Part shown: one piece after another, positions 36,778 to 48,415 of the stretch
Layout: each line of letters begins with the position of its first letter
How positions within the stretch are numbered: the stretch's first letter is position 1
Program-made: the position numbers and the translations under genes
Notes under the pieces: generated by a model
The model's input: only the letters and a program-made list of their open reading frames with translations
Database searches by the model: none
What the model was told of the DNA's origin: nothing
Assembly: GCA_002633005.1 (NCBI GenBank)
Contig: NMRA01000057.1
Span: 811,499 to 875,498, forward strand
Length of the DNA: 64,000 nucleotides
Reading direction: 5' to 3'
From: Phoronis australis
Taxonomy: Eukaryota; Animalia; Phoronida

Positions 36778-37927
36778 CTCAAAAACGCTGTTAGGATTTT
36801 CGATATAAAGGCCTATTTTCGAGTAATGTAACAAAGACGAATACGACTTCCGTTTTTTTACAAAGATGCCTTACGTTTTGCGAGTTGATTTGTCATGGAA
36901 ACCAAACGAAAAGACTAATCGAAAATTCCTAACATCGTTTTTGAGGTAACTGGTGAAGTTTTCATTAAAAAAAGTTTCATTAAAATCGATCGAGGGGTTG
37001 TTTTGCTATGAATGTACCTTTCTTAAAAATAAAGTTTTGACTTTAAAAGGTTTTTACGTAAAAATAATAATGGTAAATTAATATAAAAAGTATTTTTATA
37101 TTTCCTAATCTTTTTTCATTCAGAAAATATATACTTCATCTACTAGTTGACAAAACTTAGTTTTTTTTATATACGAGTTAGAATAGAGGCCACTAAATAA
37201 GGTTGGAGATAACCTTAAGTTAATTACGCACTGCAAAATCCGTTAACATTGCGAGTGAATGTTGAAATAGCGAAAATATTTAAGGCTAATTGTATAGGAT
37301 ATGTGTACCGAAAACAAGCTTTTACCGAATAATTAAGCGAAGACTTTGAGATTTTCACTTGTCCCATTTTAATCGGCTTTTTCTCGGCTTCGGCAAATCG
37401 ACTTCACTTGAACTTAGGAACACGAGTTCTCAAAAACGGCTTCAGTTGGTGGATTTCGCTGAAACTTTCCAAATTTAATATTTAGTCATCAGTTTCAAAA
37501 ACGCTGTTAGGATTTTTGATATAAAGGCCTATTTTTGCGTAATGTAACAAATACAAATACGACTTCTGTTTTTACAAAGTTACCTTACGTTTTGCGAGTT
37601 TATTTGTCATAGAAACCAAACGAAATGACTAATCTAAAATTCCTAACAGCTTTTTTGAGGTAACTGCTGAAGTTTTCACTTAAAAAAGTTTCATTAAAAT
37701 CGACCGAGGGGTTATTTTAAAATGAATGTACCTGTCTTAAAAATAAAATTTTGACTTAGGTTTTTACGTAAAAATAATAATGGTACGTTAATGAGAAAAG
37801 TATTTTCATATTCCCTAATCTTTTTTCTTTCAGAAAATACATACTTCTACTGGTTGATAATGCTTAGATTTTTGATATACCAGTTAGAATAGAGGCCACT
37901 AAATAAGGTTGGAGATAACCTTAAGTG
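36778..37927 (+). repeat. Direct repeat of a ~430-bp AT-rich transposon end (36778-37219 and 37495-37927), each ending ...ggagataacc-TTAA
   Basis: Two near-identical blocks from caaaaacgctgttaggattt to aggccactaaataaggttggagataaccttaag; each contains an internal inverted repeat. Confidence 0.8.
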
Positions 37928-39593
37928 TAAATTCGAAAATTAAAAAGGTGCTGAACACAAAAATTAAGATATATTGTCAAAGACGAGAGCTGTAGCTATC
38001 ACAGAACCTATGTGTGGGTGGTGAGCGATTTTGCGGTCGAAATGGGTAACTGTTTTAGGCCCGTGGAGGCAAACCATTCAAAAATTCTATAAAAATATCA
38101 AAATACGTTATTCTGATTTATTTTTGACATTCTCAATTTTAAAAAGAATGGTAGTGCATCACTCAATCAAATTTTGATTTTTAAACCATGGAAACATGGG
38201 GCATTTTCAACAGTCGCGCACAAGGGGTTATGGCAAATTTTTCATCCGATTTAGTTATTCGTGACATGTCATGTTCCCAGAATACTGCAAATTGCTTAAC
38301 GCATGGGCAGCGCAGCAATGAAAAAAGTGGGGGCTATAGCCCCAGCCCCCTATGGTGCGCTGCCCGTGTGACGTTCTCATGCAGTGATCCTTAAACTTAG
38401 ATGTAGTCGCGTGATTTTGTGTTTGAGTGAATCTCGCAGATTCTTCGCACAGCAACTGTACATGTTGGCCCAAATGTGTTTACGTCTACACATTTTCGAG
38501 GTTTTTCTTGAGCCAATGGGTAATGTTCATTCTTTTACACAACTGTCGCTTTTCCATAAGGCTGGCATTCCAAACCATTGCTTAAGGTCAGTTTTAAAGT
38601 GAACACTTTTAACCTCCACATGGGCTTTCTTTGGTTTGAAGCAGGCACAGTTGACTCATGCAATACTTGTTTCAGGTTTAAGTGGCGGAGCAATAGCAGG
38701 TATAGTAATTGGTGTGCTAGTGTGCGTACTGTTGATGACTGCAGTGGCATTAGGAGTAACTGGCAAACTGAAATGCAACGAGTCTACCATAAGTGAGTAT
38801 GCATGCTTCTGATAAACACCATGGATATACATGTTAGTAGTTGTTTTATATCTATGTTAAACGTGTCACGCACAATTCGTTTTCATTTGCCACTGGCTTG
38901 AATTGGTTAGGAAATTGGTTGTTTAAATTTGTAATTGTTCCGAGAGAGCTGTTGCAAGCAAGAATCTGCGATATGAACTTGGATAATAACTTCGAACGAT
39001 TTGAAAACGTTTTGTGCTTTCTCAACGCAAAAAGATAGAATTGGCAGGGAAAGTAATATAAATTTTCAGAAGATTCAGGTAAAGTTTTACCTTCCGTAGC
39101 AGTTGCATGAGTGCGTAAGAAAGAAAACTAAGGTTTAACTTACCGCAAAATTTCCTTATACAAGCGAAATCGTGTATTTTCTGGGAATACACAATGTAAG
39201 GCTCTTAGCTTGTATTCGACTCAGAACCATTGTATATCTTCACATATAAGGACAGTGGTTATTTTTTAGCCATAATCTGTACTACCACAATTGATAAAGT
39301 ATTTACTGACTAAAACCATTCCATGAAAATATACAATTAAATAATAATGTTGCAAGTTATAATATGTTGCATAGGTCGAAATAATGTGTTTCCTGGAAAC
39401 TTTAACACTGAATGCCCTTTTATTCGATATACGTAAATCCTGATTGGTGGTAATTTGTGGTATGCACTGACAAGCTCGACGCTACAGCATGCGTTGCATA
39501 TGACAGAAAACAGGGATTAAATCTGCAGAACTATACGTTGGGCTTGCTGTAGTACGTTGGGAATTTAAGAGTCATGTATTTTATTTACATTAG

Positions 39594-39654
39594 AGGCAAA
39601 TTTAACCATCTCGTTACATGAAAGCGATGATAAATTCGTGAATTATTATATGAG
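39594..39654 (+). CDS. Probable Ig-superfamily protein exon ((E)ANLTISLHESDDKFVNYYM)
   Basis: Acceptor ttatttacattag, donor ATGAG|GTACAA, phase 1 to 2; compatible with the exon 4 donor and the 40190 acceptor. Confidence 0.4.
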
Positions 39655-40189
39655 GTACAAATGATGCCGCTAATGATATTTTAGGTCAATGGAAGAGGGG
39701 TTTGGAAAAAGCAATAGGCAATGCGAAAATTTTGAGAAGATGAAAAAGCCTTTTCATGTCAAATTGCTTCATTCATTTTTTCAAAATATCAACCACTTTG
39801 AATTTGCGTTATACAATTATTTCTGCATATTTTAATACGAAATATAGATAAATGACTGTTATTACTATTATCAGAATTGCGTATGCAACAAAACAAAAGC
39901 AGGAAGTTTTGATGTAAAAATGTCGCTTTGCAATTGTAACACAGTTGAACAAATTGTGAACTTCTTGTCATCACAGAATAAAACATCTCTTGGAAGGGAT
40001 ACAAGTTTTGCGCCAGAAACTATTCCAAACAAGAATCAATCGGTTCTATGCACAATTACAATGTGATCGCTTTTAGTTATGGCAACGGCCTTGCTTTGAA
40101 TGCTTCTGATGAATATGCGTATCTACTGTCATGTTAATCCTTTATTTTATTTTATTTTATTTGTAAAATTGTGCTGTTTATTTTTTAAG

Positions 40190-40304
40190 ATTCTGGTTCG
40201 TCGTGAAAGGACGGAAACTAAAGCGAAGCTATGGCCATGTGACGTTGATCCGTGCGGAGTGCACAAACTTTAAGACGTTGAGCACGTTACTTCTGAACAA
40301 GTGA
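40190..40304 (+). CDS. Probable last exon of Ig-superfamily protein (RFWFVVKGRKLKRSYGHVTLIRAEC...*)
   Basis: Acceptor after a long T-rich tract, phase 2; peptide resembles the F-G strands of domain 1 (RYLLTVKERNLARNKHGTTSL); TGA at 40302-40304. Confidence 0.4.
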
Positions 40305-41024
40305 ACAATACACTTGGAACACTGTTTTGCTTTTAAGTCTCTTCAGTCTCTCGTTTGACCCCTCTAAGTGATGTTGATCGTGCAAAACCACTGTTCATAT
40401 TGCAAACACCAGCAAGTCTCTTGCTTTTTGTGTCAAAGTGGGTGCAGTCCGTAGATGCTAGGCACTCGCGAAAAAATGCGTCAAGAAATCTTTTTTCTAA
40501 CGGAAACCGTGAATTCTATCCTATAATATGACATACCAACCCAGTAGGTCGCCTACCAATCACTTCTGGTGTCCAACATTTTTACGAGTGTACGTAAATA
40601 CTGTATCAAAATCGCTTGCAAAACAATCCGGGCATTTTACTTGAATTTCTTCCTGTGGTCTTGCCTGGCCTTGCATTTTGGAGAATGTCTTGCGTCCACG
40701 AAACACACTTCTGGTTGGTTCTTAATGGAACAATGAACGAATGGCGGAGATGATTTCGTCTTACCAACTAACAGTCAAATAGTGGGTAGCTGATGGCAAA
40801 CAATAAATCTACCTTTTGATACATTTTGTAATTTTTAAAGTTGTTAATAACGCATCCGTATTAAATCTCAAAATTGCGCGTCTTTTCAGTTAGAACCGCT
40901 TCTTTAGATTTGAAAACCTCAATGTTCTTTCTTAAATTAATGTATTACCATGATTTTACCTGTGTTTTTCACACATTAGTTTGTTTCATTAACTTTGTTA
41001 ATGAGGTGAAGTTGCAGTAAGTAT

Positions 41025-41122
41025 GCATGAGAATGGGGTCGTGGCATGAGCGTGGGGTCATGGCATGAACATGGGGTCGTTGCATGAGTATGGGGTCGTG
41101 GAATGAGCATGGGGTCGTGGCA
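41025..41122 (+). repeat. 19-bp minisatellite gcatgagcatggggtcgtg x5
   Basis: Directly visible tandem units. Confidence 0.9.
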
Positions 41123-42022
41123 CGTGATATCAAATATCATGCTTGTATACTTGCAGGATGTACATTAGACATGTCAGTCACCACACAAGCATTTGTTTCA
41201 CAATCAAAGTTTGACATTCAGCTACACTGAACATTTCTTTAATAAATCTTTTATAAATTATTTGTAACTTAACATTATCTATCCGTTACACTGTCACATC
41301 TGCTACGTTTTGTTTTTGCTATTGTTGTGTTACTATTGTGACTCTTATTCTTAAACTCCATGGATTTCACGGTACTGTGCTGCTTTGTTCAGAGCTCTTG
41401 TGAGTGTCATTTTTGTCATGCAAATTGGTATGTAAGGTGTGCTGGTGCTTGTTCTATCTGACTTCAGTTTGACACTGGACAGCCGACTGAGAGTTTCTTC
41501 AATAAACCATTCTGACCGTTTTTCAAAACTGACATTGGCTGACAGGGTCGTAACACATTGTTCTTTATGTAGCCTTCATTAGTACATCATTCAGCATGCC
41601 TTGTACAGATTCTACTACCTACGTACTTGTTGCGTTTCTACCCACCCCAAAAACTAGTGAATGAACGTGAAAATAAAAGAAATATCAGGCTCCAAAAACC
41701 TCCTGAGCCTGGCAGGTAATGCGAGTGATCTCATAGGTAACCTAAATTCAAAAGTTAAAGGCGAAGGCAACCTTTTTCCATGTCATTTTGAGCTAAAATA
41801 AGGTTGATTGGTTATCCTAGACATATTTTCCACTTAATTACAGCTTTTTGTAATTTTATTAATTACTCGTCCGCTACTCCGGAAGTGACGTTTTAGGAGG
41901 CAAGCGTTTCGCGCCAATTTCTTTTCATATAGTCTGACTGTGAGAGCTGCCGAGTCAGTCATTATTCTACCTCGGTTGTGTCAAGTTCGTCGTGGTTTGC
42001 TTTCATTTACTAGTCAGTCAAC

Positions 42023-42825
42023 ATGCCACACTGTTGCTGCGTACCAGGGTGTACTAACTATCGGCTCACGCGCGCTTTGGGAGTACCTTTGCATCGCTTT
42101 CCGATGGATGACACACTTCGCCGTACTTGGCTCGTTCGTGTGAAGAACGCAGCGTTACCCGTCCACGCAACGTACAAAGCAGTGGAGAATTACCGTGTGT
42201 GTGTGTGGCAAGCACTTTCTGCCGTCCGATTACGAAAGGGATTTGTACGCTGAACTGATGAAGGTCCCTGCGAAACAACGTCTGAAGAAGGATGCCATTA
42301 CGTCTGTGTTGATTCCCGGCAGTGCCCCGTCGCCACCCCCGAGAAGTGCGTTTTTGAAGCGAGAAGCCTCACGAGCTGTGGCCAGTACAGTGACTGGAGC
42401 CAGTGGAGGCACTTCATCTACTGTCACCCGTGCCTCCGAACGTACCCCAGAGCGTGCAATTCCTGGAACCAGTAGTGATTCGCCCTGTGCTGTTTTCTCC
42501 ACCCCAGAGCCTCTAAGCAGCCCTGCAGCGATATTGAGTAGTGGGAGTGATAACAGGCTCAGTTCGACACCCAGTGAAGAGGACAGTTCGTCGTCCAGTG
42601 AACAGATCGGTGAGCCAAACTTTGATAAGTTTATTGTGGACTTGTCTAAAGTGTTGGAGCTATTTAGAAGGTGCCAGGTGTGTGGCGAGGGAGTCACACG
42701 ACACGATGTAAGCAGTTTGGGTGCTCAGGTCACCATCCAGTGGGAGTGTGTCGCGGGACACTCTGGCAAGTGGGACAGTTGTTCCTCTGTCCGTGGTATG
42801 CCGGAGGTCCACTTAACCATGTCCA
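42023..42825 (+). pseudogene. THAP-domain transposase N-terminus, frameshifted at (GT)6 and truncated before the DDE domain
   Basis: MPHCCCVPGCTN...LHRFP.D..LRRTWL...YRVC/GKHF...RLKKDAITSV (THAP); Ser-rich linker; FIVDLSKVLELFRRCQVCG...WECVAGHSGKW zinc-ribbon-like motif typical of Kolobok transposases. Confidence 0.8.
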
Positions 42826-43120
42826 GTAGTGGCTTGGCCTCGTCGAACTCTGAACAGCACAAGCATTCCATTGAGGTAGGCATAACAACGCACACAGTGC
42901 ATTTGCACCAAGATGTGTCACCACGTCTGTCCTCAGTAGCCGCCTCGTTTCTCTCAACAGCTGCCTGTGCCTGTGCGTACTCTGCCTCGTTATACTCGGG
43001 CTCAAACATGTACCCACCCACTGAATGTCCGTGAAAAAATTCCTCGTCACCACTGCTGTGAACAAGGTCTCCGTCACTCACACTACTGTCACTGTGATAC
43101 GGGTCACCGACTCCAGCCAT
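42725..43120 (-). CDS. Truncated second ORF of the Kolobok-like element: P2X7 C-terminal (ballast)-like Cys-rich protein
   Basis: ATG in aaaATGg context at 43120; acidic N-terminus, GYMFEPEY, SWCKCTVCVVMPTSMECLCCSE; similarity ends near 42830, where it runs into antisense transposase sequence. Confidence 0.7.
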   Translation of the reverse strand: MAGVGDPYHSDSSVSDGDLVHSSGDEEFFHGHSVGGYMFEPEYNEAEYAQAQAAVERNEAATEDRRGDTSWCKCTVCVVMPTSMECLCCSEFDEAKPLLDMVKWTSGIPRTEEQLSHLPECPATHSHWMVT

Positions 43121-44919
43121 TTTCAGCTTACAACACACTAAACAATCCCTAAATCCAACGTAGTTGAGTTCTCTACTAACCTATCTTGCCGCAGAATACT
43201 CGCCGATGGAAAGTGGTGGCGTCAATTGTTGAAAAACAGCACAAAACAAAAGTAAAATAGAACAGATTCGCACGGTACAGTCAACGCAAAACCAAGTGGC
43301 GGGAAACGCTTGCCTCCTAAAACGTCACTTCCGGAGTAGCGGACGAGTAATTTATAAAATTACGAAAAGCTGTAATTAAGTGGAAAATATGTCTAGGATA
43401 ACCAACCAACCTTATTTTAGCTCAAAATNAATCCGCTACTGGCACTGGCATAATTTGAATAGTGACGTGTCACTTTTTATGTTAATGGAATATAGAAATT
43501 TGATATCCATGAATCGTAAACAATGTATCGTAGATGTTTAAGAACGAAGACCATGGCTCTGAACGTATTCCGTGACTGGTAGTAAAAGGGCCACATTCTC
43601 AAAGATTCGAGCACTCCATTTTTAGGCTGGGTGCGCGAATGGATGATGAGCTGTTCCCGTAAACATTACAATGGGGGACAAAATCAAGTGACCACTAGAT
43701 TGAAAACTGCTCCCTTGACACTTTTTTGGTCCCCAATGGTTGATCATACATGTATTTTATGCATCTTGCCGTTACTCATTCACAAAACTTTGCGCACATA
43801 CAGGCTATAGTGGATTTCAGCAGATAAGCCAATGGGCGTGTATCATATTTTCAGGTAAACGCCCGCATGTTTATTTGGAAAGGGGGGGTGTGAAACCGAA
43901 AGTTGCTATGAAAATGTTTGCGTATTTTTTGCATGCAACTGTGTTTTTTTATTTTCAAGCTTAAGTTCGCCAAAACTGTATTCTTTGTTAACAAATGAGT
44001 ATGCTCCACAAAACTAATATGTGATTACAAGTTGACACTGAATGGACTTCTAAGGTGAACTTTTCTGATGATAAACGCCCCAATGTCTGAACGCTTGAAA
44101 TCTGAAGTTGTAATACCACATAAACGTCCATGGCATAGACGTTTCATTGGGTGGGTCTTTCCGTGGAAATTCCTGGCAGTGATGCATACTGCAGGAAGTG
44201 CCAGACAGTGGTGAGGTCGGAACCAGGGTTCCTTTTGCGTGGCTGCATCGGATATTTAAGAAGCCTATTGAACACCGTGCGAGCCCTGCGAGATTTTCCG
44301 AGAAAGAACAGCCTGCACGCAATATCTGGTGCACTACACTGCTCGCGAATGCGATCACCTTTCCAATTAGAGTGCCCACCATTCCTTGCCTAGGCCTAAG
44401 TTGTTAAAGGTGTATCTTTGAAACGGGCTCGCGTCCAAACTACAGCGCCTGCCACAACGTCCCTTTCAAGGGCCAAACAATTCTTCGCAAAAGGAGTTGT
44501 TCGTTTTCTAAAATAAGCACATTACATGCGCACTGTATGTTTATTGCGTACGATATCATTACTATACAGTACTGATCGAAAGTCTCTTCCTATCGAATGC
44601 GGGTTCCAAACTGCGGTTGGACCGAGGCTAGCCCCAGTCCGGACTTCGTCAAATTCAAGTTGCAAAACGTGTGGAGCCTGTAACACCATGACAATGAGGC
44701 ATGACAAATGTTGCCCGTCGATTCACCTGAATATCAGGCCGGGTTGCGATACCACAGTATTTTTCCTAATTATATGGAAACATATAGAGTTAAGACGCTA
44801 GTTAAATTAAAATCAGTTGTATGCTTTTCACTATTCAAAAATCATTGCGTTTTCATGTATCTTTTAATTGACTTTACACCACGAATGTTGCACCGCCGGG
44901 ACCACCCCTAATTTATTGG

Positions 44920-46735
44920 CAAATAAACGCTACAAGAAAAGGTAATGGTTTTCTGACAATGAAAAGCACGAAAAATGTAAAAGAACATGTATAAATATTC
45001 AGATTCGCGATTTTAATGACGTCACAGCGCACTCGGTCCGGCCGGTGACGAGAACTGACCAAGCGAACAATCTCAAAAGACGCATAGAAGAGGTAATTGT
45101 TTTTGGAGCTGCTGGGTACGTGCCAAATGAAATTAAGCACTTGAAACTGAACGTAAAGTATATCCTTTTGAACTGGTAGCCAGTCCAAGTAAAACTTAGA
45201 AATAAACTTTATGTTTTGAGAAGCAAATAGGATCTGACTGTATTCTGTGGAATCAGCATGAAGTTGTCAACGACCACTAAGTACAAACATAGGCGAACAT
45301 TTTGCCACTGCGAATTTTCAAAACATACTTCGATAGACCGTTGCCTGAGAGGTGGTCCCGGCGAGGAAACACTCGTGGTGTCAAGACAAGTGAACGATGC
45401 AAGAAAACGTAATAGTTTTTGAAAAGTGAAAAGCACGAAAAACGATTCAAGACATCGATAATGTGAGCAGAAAAAGCACCCTTTGAAGAAAAAGTAAAGA
45501 AAACGTATGAAATATTCCGATTCCGCTAGTTTGATGACTGACATCACAGTGCACTCGCTCGGCCATTGACAGACCGGACCAAGTAAACCTGCAAAAAACT
45601 CTAGTGTAAAAATTGGTAGATAACTTTCTAGAGACACGTAGAAGAGGTCATGGTTTTGTTTTAGCTGCTGGGTACATGTCAAATGGAATTAATTACTTTT
45701 CACTGGAGTCAAGTATGTCGTCTGGACCTGCATGGTAGCCAGCCCAAGTAAAACTTTAAAAAAAACACGCAAAAAGGACCTGACTGTATTCTCTGCCATC
45801 GGGTTTCAGTTGCCAACGATCAGTAATTACAAACATAAAGAAGATTTTGCCACTGAGATTTTCGAAACATCGATAGACCGTTGCCAATGAATGAGGTGTG
45901 GTCCAGACGGCGCCACACTCGTGGTGTCAAACCAAGTGAATAATATAAGAAAATGTAATGGTTTTGAACTGGTAAAAGCACGAAAAACGATTCTAGATAT
46001 CGAAAATGTGAACAGAAGAAGCGACCTCTGAGTGAAGAAAAAGGTGAAAAAACTTATGAAATATTCCGATTCCCCAAGCTTGATGATGTCACAGAGCACT
46101 CGGTCCGGCTCGAGGCCTGTAGCGAGATCGGACCAAGTAAACCTGCAAACTATATTGAGCCGTAAAAATTGATTGATAACTGTCTATAGACACATAGAAA
46201 AGGTAAAAGTCTTTTGGAGCTGCTGCGTACATGTGAAATGAAATTAATTACTTTTCATTGAGTTAAGTAGGCCTATGCCGTCTGGCCACCCCGACTCTAA
46301 GTTGCTGCATAGCCAGCCAACTCAATTAAAATTTAAGAAACTTTAGGTTTTGAGACCGTAGGCCTAAATAGCATCTGACGGTATTCTGTGAAACGAATGA
46401 GCATCAAGTTGTTAATGATAATTAATTACAAATATATAGACGAAAACTGGATTTTCAACTAAAATATCGGTAGACAGTTGATCACGCGACGGCAGCGGAG
46501 TGCCAGCGGAACTAACAGTGAAAATCACGAAAAACGGTTTCAAACATCCGGAAATTGCGAGCAGAAGAAACGGACTTTCGGAAGAAAAAGTGAACGAACT
46601 TATGGTTCAGTACTCACCTCTGGCGATCGGGCCTGCCGCTGGGAGACCAGACCAGGCCAACAAGCAACCAAAATTACAGCATATGATCTTGAGCAGAAAA
46701 AAATTGGTTGATAACTCTCTGGAGAAAATCAGATG
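44920..46735 (+). repeat. Diverged tandem repeat, ~470-550-bp unit, about 3.5 copies
   Basis: Landmark aaaa(g/t)cacgaaaaa at 44962, 45429, 45974 and 46521; shared atattccgattc...cacag-gcactcg-tcgg...gaccaagtaaac blocks. Confidence 0.8.
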
Positions 46736-47539
46736 AAATGAGTGAAATTATATGTGAAATTTAAATGTTTGATTTGTCGGGATGTGCATTTTCGGCTCCG
46801 CGGCCAAGTCACTGCTGACTTTGTATTATCGTCTTGTTCTAAAGGATTAAAATAAATTAAAGACTTTTGTCGATCAGTGTTATTTTCATACCACATGGGG
46901 AGCTCAAGTTATAAAAAGCTCATAAAACTGAAATTTGGTTTAGAAAATTTATTCCAAGTTCAGTCACGCCCAAGATTCCGTGAGTTCACGTTAGTCTCCT
47001 GCACAGACCCTCGAGATTCCTTCACAAGCAATCCTCGACGTCAGCTTGTGAGGCCCGAGAACCAGGTTAGAGTTCACGTACATCAGTTAGTCGATAGTTG
47101 CGGTCGTTAACGCCAGGATCGCACGAAAGCCGGTCTCGCGTAATAATTTCTTTAATATACTCCTCAAAAATAGTTGAGTGACACAAAATATTGAATTAGC
47201 AGATGTTAAACAGGTGTACCAGTTCTGGTAAATCAAGTATATTAACTTCATGATTTAAATATCTTATCTCCACTGGTCATTTTTGGCAGGCAATTTTGGC
47301 GGTAGAACTTCCTTTTGTTGCTGTTAGGCCTTTCATGCTCGTGAAATTGTCTGTTGTGTTGTAAGTGTACATGTAAGTTATCAAAACATGTCTGAGTTGC
47401 ACTTATTTTCGTGTCGCCTTTGTAATTATTGGCCATCTGACACGCAACCACACCATAACGTTGACTTGAGAGCTGTCACATTGTGATGCAATCATAGACT
47501 ATAGATACTTAAGTCTTAACGAGTATCTCTATGTCTGAT

Positions 47540-47632
47540 GTAGTGATGAGTGATGTAATCGCCTGAGCTGCAGTCCACGCCTGCGACATCTTTAGTCTTG
47601 GCGCACCATTTTCTGCACCCGGTCGTCCGAGT
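47540..47632 (+). promoter_or_regulatory. Putative AARS1 promoter / non-coding first exon
   Basis: CpG-richer stretch ending in donor-like GA|GTGAGC at 47631; the ATG exon is preceded by an acceptor (tccgtag, 48263), so an upstream exon must exist. Confidence 0.35.
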
Positions 47633-48271
47633 GAGCATATGTATACCGTTTTTAAGGGTAGCGTGGTAGTGGTGGGCTTCCAGGCCTTAGCGTTTGATAG
47701 TTTGTACCCCGTTACATTGTAACGTAGCTTGTAGGCTTGATGATTATATTTTGTTCGTCCGGGTACTACTTACAAAATTGCCTCTAAAGTTGGGTGACGT
47801 AAACAGGTGTCCCCATTGTGACATTACATGATTTCTTCTTTATCCAACTGTGCTTAGACCTTAGTTCAGCATAAATTGGTCATTTCGTGCCACTCACGGC
47901 ACAGTGTGAATATTTACTTTATGAAATGTTGGTCTTGTTTTATTGCCATATTGTGTAAATGTGTGCTCGGTGAATAGCTAAAATCATCTTATGTGGCCGA
48001 CATGGTTGTTATGGGACATCTAGTAACTAGTGACCGTGCTGAAAAGTTTATCATGTGAATACCAAAAACTGGCCAATTTGGCCGACTTGTTGGGTGAATA
48101 GCCATTATTCAGCCCAAAAATCAAGGCATCATGGGTCTTGATATTATGATTTATTAGTTATTTACAAGTTAGTGCTCATAACTGGCATCTGTCTGTGTTT
48201 TGAAGTTGAATCTTGAAACTTCTTACATGACAACTGTTCATCAAATTGTTTTGTCCTCCGTAGTTGCAACC

Positions 48272-48415
48272 ATGGACACCTCACTTACTGGAAACCAGAT
48301 TCGCCAGTCATTTATTGACTTCTTCAAGGAGAAGGAGCACATTTATGTTCACTCATCTTCTACAATTCCACACGATGATCCCACCCTTCTGTTTGCCAAC
48401 GCTGGCATGAATCAG
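48272..48415 (+). CDS. AARS1: Alanyl-tRNA synthetase, cytoplasmic, coding exon 1
   Basis: [48 protein letters not shown]; donor CAG|GTTTGT. Confidence 0.97.

Larger units (their letters stand above)
41759..43428 (+). mobile_element. Kolobok-like DNA transposon, internally deleted, young
   Basis: TTAA (41755-41758) followed by AGGCG; 41785-41916 is a near-perfect inverted repeat of 43297-43428 (right end cut by N at 43429); convergent THAP-transposase and Cys-rich ORFs. Confidence 0.8.

Noticed and set aside
44050-44800. Coding-like GC-richer region with overlapping short ORFs
   Set aside because: Stops in all frames examined and no recognisable family.
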